A stretch of 63,795 bases of DNA, counting the filler, from Licmophora abbreviata (lineage: Eukaryota): assembly GCA_900291995.1 (NCBI GenBank). It is 20 parts of 20 records of this genome, joined end to end, with 100 filler letters (N's around TTAATTAATTAA, not from the genome) between each part and the next. Parts side by side here need not be neighbours in the genome. Positions count along the whole stretch, not along the records: positions 9,346 to 10,392 come from OLMU01005664.1; positions 10,493 to 12,958 come from OLMU01005665.1; positions 13,059 to 15,363 come from OLMU01005666.1; positions 15,464 to 16,477 come from OLMU01005667.1; positions 16,578 to 18,779 come from OLMU01005668.1; positions 18,880 to 20,951 come from OLMU01005669.1; positions 21,052 to 25,571 come from OLMU01005670.1; 13 more parts are not named here. One strand, written 5' to 3'. The notes below the pieces were generated by a model. It did no database searches. It had not been told where the DNA came from and saw only the letters and a program-made list of their open reading frames with translations. The position numbers and the translations under genes were made by a program. Shown piece after piece: positions 9,508 through 21,293 of this stretch (position 1 is the stretch's first letter; each line of letters begins with the position of its first letter).

Positions 9508-10116
9508 TTAGAATTCGACGCCGATCTGGGCCTTTATTCCGGATCGGAACGGGTGCTTGATCAGCTCCATTTCCGTCACCAGGTCCGCGATCTCGATCAG
9601 GTCGTCCTTGGCGTTGCGGCCCGTCAGCACGACATGCGTCATATGCGGCTTTTCCTCGGCCAGAAACTGCACCACCTCGTTGATATCCAGATAATCATAG
9701 CGCAGCGCGATGTTGATCTCGTCCAGCAGCACCATCTTGTGGCTCTCGTCGCGGATCAGCTCCTTGGCCTTTTCCCATGCCGCCTGCGCCATTTCGATGT
9801 CGCGGTCGCGGTCCTGCGTCTCCCAGGTGAAGCCCTCGCCCATGGTGTGAAACGCGCAGATATCGCCGAATTTCGACAGGATCAGGTCGCGCTCGCCGGT
9901 GCTCATGCCGCCCTTGATGAACTGCACGACTGCGCATTTCATGTCATGCGCGATGCAGCGGAAGATCATCCCGAACGCAGCCGAGGATTTGCCCTTTCCC
10001 TTGCCGGTATGGACGATGATCAGGCCCTTTTCGTCTGTCTTGGTGGCCATGATCTTGTCGCGGGCGGCTTTCTTCTTGGCCATCTTGGCGGCGTGGCGGT
10101 CGCTGTCATCGGTCAT
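9508..10116 (-). CDS. cobO: cob(I)yrinic acid a,c-diamide adenosyltransferase
   Basis: HTGKGKGKSSAAFG, QFIKG, GEGFTWETQ, LDEIN, LTGR, KHPF...GVEF. Confidence 0.95.
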   Translation of the reverse strand: MTDDSDRHAAKMAKKKAARDKIMATKTDEKGLIIVHTGKGKGKSSAAFGMIFRCIAHDMKCAVVQFIKGGMSTGERDLILSKFGDICAFHTMGEGFTWETQDRDRDIEMAQAAWEKAKELIRDESHKMVLLDEINIALRYDYLDINEVVQFLAEEKPHMTHVVLTGRNAKDDLIEIADLVTEMELIKHPFRSGIKAQIGVEF

Positions 10117-10131
10117 CTGGCGCGCGTCTCC

Positions 10132-10639
10132 CTATTGGAACAGGCCCAAGACATACGGCGCAATGAGGGCGGTAAGCAAGGCATTCAGCCCCATTCCGAT
10201 CCCCGCAAAGGCGCCCGCCGTCTCATTGACCTGAAACGCGCGCGCCGTGCCGATGCCATGCGCCGCCGTGCCCACCGCAAAGCCGCGTGCGCGCCAGTCG
10301 GTGATGCGCAGCGCATTCATCAGCGGCGTGACCACCACCGCCCCGATGATCCCGGTCAGGATCACCAGTGCTGCGGTCAATGTCGGCAACCCNNNNNNNN
10401 NNNNNNNNNNNNNNNNNNNNNNNNNNNNNNNNNNNNTTAATTAATTAANNNNNNNNNNNNNNNNNNNNNNNNNNNNNNNNNNNNNNNNNNNNCATCGCCA
10501 CCAGCACCGGATTGACCACCGGATTTTGCCCTCTGGCCCGATAGGCGGCATCCCCCAGCAGATAGGCCACCAGCGTCGCCGTCAGCCACAAAAGCGGTCC
10601 CTCTCGCAGATAAGACCAGATCTCGGGGAACTCGGTCAT
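10132..10639 (-). CDS. lrgB: LrgB-family membrane protein (split by spacer 10393-10492)
   Basis: NPVLVA at the N-terminus; ARGFAVGTAAHGIGTARAF...AGIGMGLN at the C-terminus. Confidence 0.9.
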
Positions 10640-10998
10640 GCGCCGTCCTTTCCGCCATCGCCAGTCAGCCGTGCCAGCCCCACGAAGGTCAGCGCACCGG
10701 CGGCCAGCGCCAGCACCGTGCTGCCCACCAGCGCCGCCAGCAGGGCAGGGCCGGACTGTCCAAGCGCCTCGGCATGGCTGATGACGCCGACACCTGCCGG
10801 CACGAACAGCAAGGACAGATGCTTCAGGATGCCTTGCGATGTCGGCAGGACCCGCTCGGCCAGCTTGGGCCGGATCAGGAACCCCGCCAGCAGAAGCGCC
10901 ATGCCGATCACCGGCCCCGGCACCGGCAGGGCAAGCGCGCGGGCCAGCACCTCACCGGTCAGCTGAAACCCCAGTATTATCGCGATATTCAGGATCAT
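10636..10998 (-). CDS. cidA: CidA/LrgA-family holin-like protein
   Basis: FQLTGE...LPVPGPVIGM...LSLLFVPAGVGV. ATGA overlap with lrgB. Confidence 0.9.
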   Translation of the reverse strand: MILNIAIILGFQLTGEVLARALALPVPGPVIGMALLLAGFLIRPKLAERVLPTSQGILKHLSLLFVPAGVGVISHAEALGQSGPALLAALVGSTVLALAAGALTFVGLARLTGDGGKDGA

Positions 10999-11088
10999 GC
11001 GCGCCTCTTCCTTGTCTTGGCTGCAGCCAGCATAGCCTGAACCGCCTCCCTTGCAGTGCCGCTTGTCAATCGGCCCTTCGTCAAGCCC

Positions 11089-11104
11089 TTAACCCTTTCT
11101 TAAC
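11089..11104 (+). promoter_or_regulatory. full CtrA-binding motif
   Basis: TTAA-CCCTTTC-TTAAC; 23 nt before ATG 11128. Confidence 0.6.
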
Positions 11105-11127
11105 CCGATTTGCATCAGGCTGCGGCC

Positions 11128-11523
11128 ATGTATCTGATCCGCGTCATCGCCGTCCCGTGCCTGTTGGCCCTTGCCGCGTGCAATACGCCCGGCCCCGCCT
11201 TTCGCGGGATCGATCCGGTGCGTGTCACCGTGGCGCAAAGCACCTTCGATGTGCGTGTCGATGGGCTGCGGGCTCAGGCGATTCGCCTCAACATGGAATG
11301 GGCGCCGCGCCGCGATGCGGTGGCGCCGCGTGCAGTTGCCGCCATCGAACAGGTCAGTGGCTGCAGCGTCAGCCGTCTTGACGGCGATCAGGCGGTGACC
11401 GTCGCGCGGCTGGATTGCGGCGGCGGCGCCCCTCCTGCCGTGCCGGACCCGACCAGCCTCGATTGCGATGTCGTCTTCGTCGGTGGCACCGAGGCCGATC
11501 TGATCTGCGACCCGATCCGCTGA
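11128..11523 (+). CDS. hypothetical lipoprotein
   Basis: Signal peptide with lipobox LAAC (MYLIRVIAVPCLLALAAC), plus paired Cys residues downstream. Confidence 0.7.
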   Translation: MYLIRVIAVPCLLALAACNTPGPAFRGIDPVRVTVAQSTFDVRVDGLRAQAIRLNMEWAPRRDAVAPRAVAAIEQVSGCSVSRLDGDQAVTVARLDCGGGAPPAVPDPTSLDCDVVFVGGTEADLICDPIR

Positions 11524-11551
11524 TCGCCTGCGGGTCCCGCGACACCGTCCG

Positions 11552-14500
11552 TCAGGACGCAGGAGCACCACCGCCCCGCACCGCCTCGATCCGCGCCCGC
11601 GCCGAGTTCGAGCGCGGCATCCAAAGCCCGCGCTCGATGGCTTCCGCCAGCCGTTCCGCGATCTCCCGCAAGGCGGGCGCATTGTGCTCGGCGATGAAAT
11701 CGCGCGTGTCCTCATCCTCGACAAAGGCCGCCTCGACCAGATCGAAATGATGGCTGCGCACCGCCCCTGTGGTGGCCGCGAAGGCAAAAAGATAATCCAC
11801 CGTCGCCGCGATCTCGAACGCGCCCTTGTAGCCGTGCCGCTTCACGCCCTCGATCCATTTCGGATTGACCACGCGCGATCGCACCACGCGCCCGATCTCG
11901 TCCTCCAGCGTGCGGATCACCGGGCGTTCGGGCCGTGAATGGTCGTTGTGATAGATCGGCCTGTCCTGCCCCTGCAGCGTGCTGACGGCGGCCGCCGCCC
12001 CGCCCTCGAACTGGTAGTAATCGTCGCTGTCCAGCAGGTCATGCTCTCGGTTGTCCTGATTCTGCACGATCGCCTCGGTCTGCCGCAGTCGCGCCTCGAA
12101 CCCTTCCCGGTCGGGGCGGCCCTCTTCAGCAGCGCCATACGCATAGCTGCCCCAGGTCAGATAAGCCTCCGCCAGATCGGCCTTGTCCGCCCAGAGCCGC
12201 TCGTCGATCAAGGCCTGCAGCCCCGCGCCATAGGCGCCGGGCTTGGCGCCATAGACCCGCGCGGTCATGCCCTCGCTGCGCGCGCGGACGGCGGCGGGGT
12301 TCAGATCGTCGGGTTCGTCCATCTCCATGACGGCGCGCGCGGCGCTGTCGAACAGCGCGATCAACTGCGGAAAGGCGTCCCGGAAAAACCCCGAGATGCG
12401 CAGCGTCACATCCACCCTTGGCCGTCCCAGCACGCCTTGCGGCAACACCTCGAAGCCGGTGACGCGGCGATTGGCGCTGTCCCATCGGGGTTTCACGCCC
12501 ATCAGCGCCATGGCCTGCGCGATATCGTCGCCGCCGGTCCGCATGTTTGCCGTGCCCCAGGCGGTCAGCAGCATCGTGCGCGGCCAGTCCCCATGTGTCT
12601 GAAGGTGCTTTTCAATCAGCAGGTTGGCCGATTTCCACCCCAAGGCCCAAGCCGTCGGCGTCGGCACCGCGCGGCTGTCCACGCTGTAGAAATTCCGACC
12701 CGTGGGCAGGGTATCGAGCCGGCCGCGCGTCGGCGCACCCGATGGGCCGGGCGCCACGAAGCGCCCCGCCAGCGCGGTCAGCAGCCCGCGCCCCTCCTCC
12801 GGCCCGCAGGCGCGTAGGGCAGGGCGCACATGCGTCTCCACATGCGCCATCACCGCGCCGCTTTGCGGCCCTTGCGGGCACGCCTCGCCCTCCAGCAGCC
12901 GTGCCGCCAGCGCCTCAAGCCGCTCCACCGTATCACCCGCGCTGCGCCATGCACCCTCNNNNNNNNNNNNNNNNNNNNNNNNNNNNNNNNNNNNNNNNNN
13001 NNTTAATTAATTAANNNNNNNNNNNNNNNNNNNNNNNNNNNNNNNNNNNNNNNNNNNNCTCCGCCAGCGCCCGGATGATCGAGGCATGCCCCCCTTGCCT
13101 TGACCACGCGGCACCCGCAGCAGGGCAATCGTCAGATCGCGCTCCAGCCGCCCCTCGGGCGACTGGCCGAACACATGCAGCCCGTCGCGGATCTGCGCCT
13201 CTTTCAACTCGCACAGATAGGCGTCCAGCCGCGCCAGATCGCCGTCCTCATCCTCGCCGGTCAGGCCCACATCCTTGTCCAGCCCGGTGGTTGCGCTCAG
13301 GCTCAGGATCTCGCGCCGCAGATGGGCGATGCGGCGCGGATCGACGCCCGCCGCCTCGTAATATTCATCGACCAGTGCCTCCAGATCGCGCAGCGGCCCA
13401 TAGGTTTCCGCGCGGGTCAGCGGCGGGGTCAGGTGATCCACGATCACCGCCTGTGCGCGCCGCTTGGCCTGTGTGCCTTCGCCGGGATCGTTGACGATGA
13501 ACGGATAGACATGCGGCATTGGCCCCAGCACCGCCTCGGGCCAGCACTCCGCCGACAGCGCCACGGCCTTGCCCGGCAGCCATTCCAGATTGCCATGCTT
13601 GCCCATATGCACGATCGCCTGCGCCCCGAACTGGTGCCGCAGCCAGATATAGAACGCCAGATAGTTATGCGGCGGCACCAGATCAGGGGAATGATAGGTG
13701 TCGGTCGGATCGATATTGTAGCCGCGCGCCGGTTGCACGCCCACCACGACATTGCCGAATTCCAGCACCGACAGCGCGAAATGCCCGCAATCCACCTCTC
13801 CGGGGATGTAAAACGGATCGGCCTCGGGCGCGCCCCAGCGGGTTTCCATCGCCTCGCGAAAGGCCCATGGCAGCTGGCCATAGGCAATCTGGTACTCGGC
13901 CATCGACAGGCGCACACCGCCCCGGCGCTCGGCCCGGTCGGTCAGCCAGTTGGTCGGCCCCGCCATCACCGCGCGCATCAGCGCGTCGCTGTCCTCGGGG
14001 GCATTCGTCACCCGGTATCCGGCCTCGTCCAGAAGACGCAGCACATGCACCGTGCCCGCAGGTGTATCAAGCCCCACGCCATTGGCCAGCCGCCCGTCCT
14101 TGTTGGGATAGTTCGCCAGCACCAGCGCCACCTTGCGCTGCCCCTCGGGTGTTGCGCGCAAACTGGCCCAGTTGCGCGCCAGCTCGGCCACGAACTCCAC
14201 CCGGTCGCCCTGCGCGCGATACGTGGCGATCGGGCATTCCGTTGCCTCATCGAAGAACGCCTCGCCCTTGAAGCTGACCGCCCGGCTCAGGATCCGACCA
14301 TCCACTTCCGGCAAGGCCACGTTCATCGCGATGTCGCGCGCCGACAGCCCGCTCAAGCCCTCGGCCCATGCCTCTTCGCTCGATCCCGCCAGCACCACCT
14401 GAAACACCGGCGCCGCCTGTGCCGCGGTCATCGTCAGCGGGTTTGCCGGGCCTGTGTCGCCCTCATGCGGCGATCCCACCGCGAACGAGGTGCAGTTCAG

Positions 14501-15283
14501 AATCACCGATGGCGGCGCTTGGGTGAACAGATGCTCCAGCGTCGCCACCGATACCGGATCCTTGAGCGAGGCCACGAACACCGGCAGCGGGTTCAGCCCC
14601 GCGCGCAACAACGATTTCACCAGCCGGTTGATCGGATTGAGCCCCGCGCCCTGCACCAGCGCCCGGTAAAACACCAGCGGCACCACCGGCGCGCCTGTAC
14701 GCCAATTGGCCTGCGCCGCCGTCAGATCGGCGACACCCGCACCGGGCCAATACACGCCGGCCCTGAGCAGAGGCCGCGCCGCCTCGGGCTTGGGTCCGTC
14801 CTCCAGCATGGCCTTTGCATAGCTCAGGAAATTGGCCGCGTTCTCCGGCCCGCCTTCCACCAGATAGCCCCAGAGCGCATCGTAATCTTCATCCTCGACC
14901 GTCGACAGGTCGCGCAGCTCGGCATCGGGCTTGTCATCGCCGGGCAACAGCGCCAGAGGCACCCCCGCCTCGGCGCAGCGCGCGGCATATTGCTCGGCGC
15001 CGTATTTCCAGTAGCCCACGCCGCCCAGCACCCGCGCGATCACCAGACGCGAGCGTGTGGCGCAGTGATCCAGATGCAGATCGACCGACATCGGATGTTG
15101 CAGATGCGTGAGGTTGGCCAGCCGCAGACCGGGGGGTGCGGCCATCTCGGCGCGCGCCGTGCTGAGTGCCGCCAATTCGGTATCGGCGGCCGAGATGAAA
15201 ATCACATCCGCCGGGCTTTGGCCCAGATCGACCGGTTCCTTGCCATCGTCGATCGAGCCGGGTGTGGCAGCGAGCAGATGCAT
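11552..15283 (-). CDS. cobN: cobaltochelatase subunit CobN (split by spacer 12959-13058; 1-nt frameshift at about 13090)
   Basis: MHLLAATPG, LPEVDGRI, HMGKHGNLEWLPGK, NDPGEGTQAKRR, LPTGRNFY, NPKWIEG. Confidence 0.95.
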
Positions 15284-15463
15284 CTGTCTTGGGCCTTTCT
15301 GTTGCGGCGGTTGCTCCGCCTGTCCTCGGGCGTGCTGGCCGGGACCCGATCAGCACGCGGTCANNNNNNNNNNNNNNNNNNNNNNNNNNNNNNNNNNNNN
15401 NNNNNNNTTAATTAATTAANNNNNNNNNNNNNNNNNNNNNNNNNNNNNNNNNNNNNNNNNNNN

Positions 15464-16477
15464 CGCGGCGTGAGGTCTCTTTGACAATGCGAAAGGAACG
15501 ACCCATAACGGAGACGTTGGTGCCACCATCGACACAGATATGTCCAGTCGCAGTGGACGCTAGCGCGTAGCTCTGCACGGAGAGTGCATCTTTAACAACG
15601 GGCGAAAGGCGATGCATAGGTCGCCCGGCGCACAATCATATGCGCGTGGTTCACGTGGGTTCCGGTAATGAGCCGTGCCGCGCGAGCCACGTTGCCAGGG
15701 TTGGCTTGCGCGGTTCCAGCGCTAGTTCCGCTGGCAGCAACTTCTGCCCACCGCACAGTCGTAGTGGGGTTCGCACTCCCCGCAGACGCGGAAGTGTCAC
15801 CGCCGCTCTGCACAGAGGGACAGAGGAGACGGGGATGTACATCACACCTTGATGGACGAGACTTTTCCCGTCGTATTGCATCGGGAGGCTCGTGTCAGAC
15901 TTCTCGGGCTTAGATTCCTTGTCAGACTTGCCGCCCTTCTTCTTATTCTGCCAGCGGTCGCGAGTAAACGCCTTGCGTTCCGTGGGAGACATCTTTGCCC
16001 ACTTCTCTGGTGGGATGGGCAGGTTGCTCTTGGCCTTCTGCCACCCGCCCGAGCTTGGACGAGAATCACCTTTGCCGACCTGTCGACGATCCGAGGAATC
16101 ACCACTCTTCATGTGACCTTTCTCAAACTGAGTCTTGGCTTCTGTACGAAACGAACGAATGAGCGACTGGAGTTCTCTAGTTCTTTAGACGGATCGCTCA
16201 TCATCTTGACCCACACCTTGAGGGATGGGTGCGTGATTTTCGCAATGAAGAAGCGGCAGATGAGTGCAGCAGGGAATGGAGTTCCATTCTCCTTGAGACA
16301 GTTGACACACTTGAGGAATGTCGCCGCAAAGCGGCCGTACGTCATGTTGCACTTAGCTCCAAACTCAAGACGAGCAAGGAGTCCAATGGCATTCGTAGCC
16401 AGGTCCGTGACGATGTCGTCGTCGACGAAAGCAGCAATCAACTGACGGAAATTCTCGACGCCAGTGAGGTCTTTGTC
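15464..16477 (-). mobile_element. degenerate Ty1/Copia (diatom CoDi-like) gag-protease fragment
   Basis: Gag-like IPPEKWAKMSPTERK plus a basic stretch, then an aspartic-protease-like ICVDGGTNVSVMG motif. Three apparent frameshifts (about 16170, 15820, 15610). Confidence 0.6.
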
Positions 16478-16577
16478 NNNNNNNNNNNNNNNNNNNNNNN
16501 NNNNNNNNNNNNNNNNNNNNNTTAATTAATTAANNNNNNNNNNNNNNNNNNNNNNNNNNNNNNNNNNNNNNNNNNNN

Positions 16578-16760
16578 ACCGGATGACTCATTCGACTCGG
16601 AGACAAGCTCGGAATGGGAATCAGGCGTCAAACAAGTCTCAACAGCGTAGGTTCACGTTAATAAACCAGGTTGTAAGAAGATTATGAGAGTTCGCCTTTT
16701 TCTGTCTCTCTAAGTCGTGTGGCTCACAGCCGCCCAATTGTACGGCGGTTTGACGTTTCA
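16578..16760. mobile_element. possible LTR terminus abutting the CRE reverse transcriptase
   Basis: Non-coding stretch with AATAAA, a T-rich tract and hairpin AGCCGCC/GGCGGTT, ending in TTTCA where RT-like sequence resumes. Confidence 0.35.
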
Positions 16761-19014
16761 CATACGCATTGTCCACGCCGCTCACACCTTTGTTTCCCGT
16801 ACCCTCGCCCAGGACGATACTTCCGGCCCATCCAACCAAGTTCTTTTGGCTCTTGACATTCGCAATATGTTCAATGCTTGTTCTCGTGCTTCTTGCCGGG
16901 ACATGCTCCGCCTTCATTTTCCTTTCATGCTTCCTTTCTTCGACCTCATCTATGCGGATGATAACACCTGCTGGTATCGCGACGATTCCAATGCATGGGC
17001 CAGCTTTGCTCAACCCGAGGGCTTTGCTCAAGGCGACCCCCTTGCACCATTCTACGCATCCTTGGTACTCTTTGCGGTCTTACAACCTTTGCATGCAGAA
17101 CTTCGGGAGCGTGCTCAGCTCCGTTCCTCTACTATTACCACTCGCTCCTCTACCCTGACATCTGATGCACCCTCAGCCTCCTTACAATATCTGGACGACA
17201 CTATGGCTCTTCTTTGCACAATCGATCTTCCTTTTTTCCTCCGCCGCTTTACGGAACTTGCGGCGTCCCATGGGATACGCCTCAATCTTATGAAAACAAA
17301 GTTCCTCACCAGCATTACCGGTATCTCACCCACCAACCATATGCTTTGTCCCGTGGATACTTCCGCTGCCATTGCTGCTGCTACAGCTCTTCTATCGCCA
17401 TCTGCGGAAGTCACGAACGGCCTCCGTCTACTAGGTCACCCGGTAGGAAGCCAAGCTTTCGCCAATCATTTTCTTCAGGCAAAGGCAGACGACCTATTAC
17501 ACTATGTCAACACCCTTCTGCGAATACTCCCAGATCTTCAAACTCAAGCTACCGTATACAGACTGTGTCTACAAACCAAAATTTCACACCTTTTAGCTAC
17601 GGACGTTTACTACAACTTTCTCCTACCTTCCTCCCCCTCCGCCCCAACTTTGTTTGCCTGGCAGTCTCCCTTTGTCGCACGGGCAGAAGCGATCTTGCAT
17701 TCCTTCCTTGCCCGGATCGCTGACACCCCAGAATCCCTTCCGGACCATGCTCGCCATCTTGCGGTTCTTCCGCCCAATCTCGGTGGACTTGGCTTTCGTG
17801 CCCCTCCCATCACCGCTGCCCCCGCCTTTGTCATCACTGTCACCCGATCCATTCGCATTGTCACCAATGGGATCTTCATCCCAAATGCGGCGCCGGCGCA
17901 TCTGCCTGCCTCCATCCGAGCTCTCTTTGCGGACTGGAGGACACCGTCTACCCGGCTCCTTCGACTTCATCACCATCTTGGTACTGCGCTAGCTCGCTTC
18001 CACATCCGTCCACCTCGACGCGGTCCAGATCCCTCGCTCAATGACCCTTCCTATCATTTGCACCGGCTTGTGCTTCACCTGAATTTGCCTGGCCTACAAC
18101 GCGATGTCTGTCGTAAACACTTCAAACAGACTCGGTACGCTCCGCTTCACAGCCAACCTGCCCTGTCGGCCAACGCGACGGCTACCACCACTCCCTGGGT
18201 AAGCCTGGCGCTCACCCAAACATCCCGTCGTGTTGTTGCTAATCGTCTGGCCAACACAACCTTTCGCATTGCAGTCCAACGCAAATTGCGTCTTCTGTGC
18301 CTTCCGGCGGCACTACGCGACCGCCTTTGCACTTGCGGCACCCGCTTGGACCCACTTGGGGACCACCTCTTCCAGTGTCGCCACTCCAGTAAATCTCCCT
18401 TGCACCACACTCTCCGTGACACCCTTACTCTCCTGTGTTGCAAACTCTGTCCAGTCGCTGGTTACACTTCTTCTCATCACTGTGTGGTATCCGAGCCCAC
18501 TCACCTCATCCCCGATTCCAACTCGCGACCGGCTGATGTGGGTATTACGCTATCTCCCACATACCTTCTGGCCGCTTCTCTCACCCCTTCCAGGTACATT
18601 GCCATTGATGTCACCATCCCACCGCCCCCAACTCCGTCCTTGCTTTCTGCCCCAACACCCAGAGCGGTTTCCGCTACTACTAGGCATGAGCAAGCGGCGA
18701 AGAGGAAGTTCGAGGGCAGGGCCAACAATCCTAACAGTCACCTCGAAATTGCCGCTCTCACTGCAAGCCGCATCCAGCTNNNNNNNNNNNNNNNNNNNNN
18801 NNNNNNNNNNNNNNNNNNNNNNNTTAATTAATTAANNNNNNNNNNNNNNNNNNNNNNNNNNNNNNNNNNNNNNNNNNNNCCCTCTCGCCTTGCTTCTCCG
18901 TCTACTGCCATTGCCCCGCCTTTCTATGCTCCTCCGTCACGACCCCCTGTGGTTGATCCGTGTTGTGCGATTCCTCGCGGCTCGCCTCGCATCATCCCTG
19001 CTGGTCGGGCGTAA
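16761..19014 (+). mobile_element. non-LTR retrotransposon, CRE-like clade (RT + CCHC + restriction-like endonuclease), 5'-truncated
   Basis: LDIRNMFN, GFAQGDPL, YLDD, GIRLNLMKT, LGHPVG, GGLG, CTC...DHLFQC...H, RPAD...IDVT. A Pro-rich C/T-rich continuation after spacer 18780-18879 ends at TAA 19014 (that join is tentative). Confidence 0.85.
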
Positions 19015-19196
19015 GATCTTCCTCACGCATCACGTAGCTCATAACCTATCTATTATTTTCAAATCCTCGTCTCATCATGCTCCAACAGCAAGCTGATGAA
19101 TGAAGAATGAATTGAGTTCTACACCGGAAGGCACAGGTGTCCTTCCAGCCTGTACGACACATACCAAAGGTTTGCACTGGTCTATATAACACAGTC

Positions 19197-20192
19197 ATGC
19201 CGAAGCTTTGTCGCAATTTCTTGCTTCTTGTTGCCGTCGCAGCACTGGCAATAGCGAACTTATGGTACTTAGTTCGGACCAAAAAGGGTACCGGGGCACC
19301 GACGACGACGAGTACTGCCATCGCAGGTCTCACGGATCATACACTTGATGCGAATCGAAGCAGTTTCCATCAGGGAACCTCCTTCTCGCTCGAAGAGAAT
19401 CTGCCAACATCGTGGATCAGCGCCCTTCAGGTACCAGCATCGATTCTCTCCACGAAAAATATGAGCCTCATTCCTATAGACGATGTACCGGTTTCGCTGG
19501 TAGCTATCGTTACCATGATGCGATCGTCCTCCACCTATCTCGCATACTACATCCTGAGAAGAATGACTTGTCACCTTACGCTGGATGAACTATTGCCTAA
19601 CGGCAATGAGGACTCTCGAGCCGCCTGGCAGCTGGATGGAGCCTTGTTGAAACTAGATCCTAAACCTTGGAAGAACTCCCCCGCGCAGCTGGCAAAGTTC
19701 GTCCTCCGAGTTTCCAAACGAAGGTGTCGGGAATACTTTATACAGCATCCGGAGCTGCAGCGTGTCTGTTCCAATCACTGTTGGGTCAACTGGAAGCAAT
19801 TTCCACACCATCTCATGGAGAAAAACAGCACCACAATCGGCGACCTTCCTGGACAAATGTGGAAGAAACTTCAGCCCTATGACCTGAGCGTGATTGTTTT
19901 GGAGCGACCCATTCAAGATCGCTGGCGTTCCTCCTACTATGCGGAAAAAACAGGAGACTGGGGTGCTATGGGCGATCGAGAACACAAGGAACGAGTGGCT
20001 GCCATAGAAGTTCCGAAAATCCGGCCTATGTTTCGACGCAAACATGTGGAGTGGTACTCATATGTGCGAAGCTTCCTCCGCGCCAACGACGGTTTTCGCT
20101 GGAAGGATGTTTCTTTCGATCAGATCACTCAAAATGGTGAGAACTGGACACGACGAGCGCTCGTTGAACTCATTTCTTCGCCTCGCCACTAG
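19197..20192 (+). CDS. type II membrane protein, sulfotransferase-like
   Basis: N-terminal TM anchor; TMMRSSSTYL resembles the 5'-PSB loop and LERPIQDRWRS resembles the 3'-PB motif. TATATAA just upstream. Confidence 0.55.
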   Translation: MPKLCRNFLLLVAVAALAIANLWYLVRTKKGTGAPTTTSTAIAGLTDHTLDANRSSFHQGTSFSLEENLPTSWISALQVPASILSTKNMSLIPIDDVPVSLVAIVTMMRSSSTYLAYYILRRMTCHLTLDELLPNGNEDSRAAWQLDGALLKLDPKPWKNSPAQLAKFVLRVSKRRCREYFIQHPELQRVCSNHCWVNWKQFPHHLMEKNSTTIGDLPGQMWKKLQPYDLSVIVLERPIQDRWRSSYYAEKTGDWGAMGDREHKERVAAIEVPKIRPMFRRKHVEWYSYVRSFLRANDGFRWKDVSFDQITQNGENWTRRALVELISSPRH

Positions 20193-21293
20193 TAGCGACC
20201 GATGAACATAGCCTGCATCGCGTCGTTGCGTATGTATAAGACGGCGAGGTGAGCACGATACTACCACGAACTCCAAGAATCTCTCTTTGTTTTCAATCTC
20301 AACCGGTTCATTGATGGCGGTCTTCATACAACACCATCGAGGCTCACCTCACGCCTCATGTTTGGATCACGAGTCGCGCGTCAACAAGCTCATTGGCCCA
20401 ACTCTAGATCAGGTGTACTTCTGCTCTTTAGATGTAGAGCGATAAGATTGTGCCGAATAAACCAATTGGAAATGTAATGTAGGACGGAAGGTACCCTGCA
20501 CCTGATTTTCGTTGGTCCCGGCACGCAATACGAAGTCCGATGTGCCTTCACACATCACCATCGATGAGACACAGAGCGAGCAGCAGCAAAGGAGCGCCAG
20601 CTCGCTTGGGCCTTGGAATCTGTCCAGTAGACGTGTACAATGAGAGCAAACAACAAGAGTCCAAAGAGGGCCGTGTTCCGAGGAGGAAGTGCAGATGATG
20701 ACGACGTTTCCGTGCTGTTTGTTGTCATGGTAAGATAGTAGCTGTGATGTAGTATGAAGGAGGTATGAGCCTATTAGAGACCATAAAGAGTGTCTTTCTC
20801 CTCTCGTGCTGACCTTCTTATCCCACAAGAAGCAGCTGCTAACATGCACAGGAGCCCATGAAGAAGCTTTAGTATATATATCAATTTGCCTCTCGTTCTC
20901 GGTGCCCGACGTATAAAAAAGAAATGACCGCTTGGATGAATGTCTCCTGATNNNNNNNNNNNNNNNNNNNNNNNNNNNNNNNNNNNNNNNNNNNNTTAAT
21001 TAATTAANNNNNNNNNNNNNNNNNNNNNNNNNNNNNNNNNNNNNNNNNNNNCTGGAGACTGGGAAGGGTGACGTAGACAAGCGAACACCAACGGCTTCTC
21101 TCCGTCAACTACCTATCCAACCCCGAAGCTTGAAGTTCTTAGAGTGATCGTTTCATCGAAGAAGAGAGCCGTTCAAATCCCGCCGAGTCAACGAATTCTA
21201 GCGACCGAAAGATGAACTCTGCTCTCTGCTCATTCTTTGACGAACGATGACGAGAAAGTGATCTAGATAGTTAAAGCTTTCAATGCCTCGACC

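Noticed and set aside
4013..15415. Long plus-strand ORFs (4013-5677, 7478-9166, 9553-10440, 13100-15415) and 48-665
   Set aside because: Antisense shadows of well-supported high-GC genes, with no recognisable motifs.
15284..15560. Bacterium-to-diatom HGT junction next to a retrotransposon
   Set aside because: The transition coincides with a spacer; there is no evidence of physical linkage.
20300..20951. Short minus-strand ORFs including a 57-aa TM-containing frame from about 20729
   Set aside because: No recognisable domain or consistent splice model; possibly a gene relic but unsupported.
21168..21185. GTTCAAATCC as a tRNA T-loop or Pol III B-box
   Set aside because: The flanks do not form a T-stem, and no cloverleaf or A-box was found.
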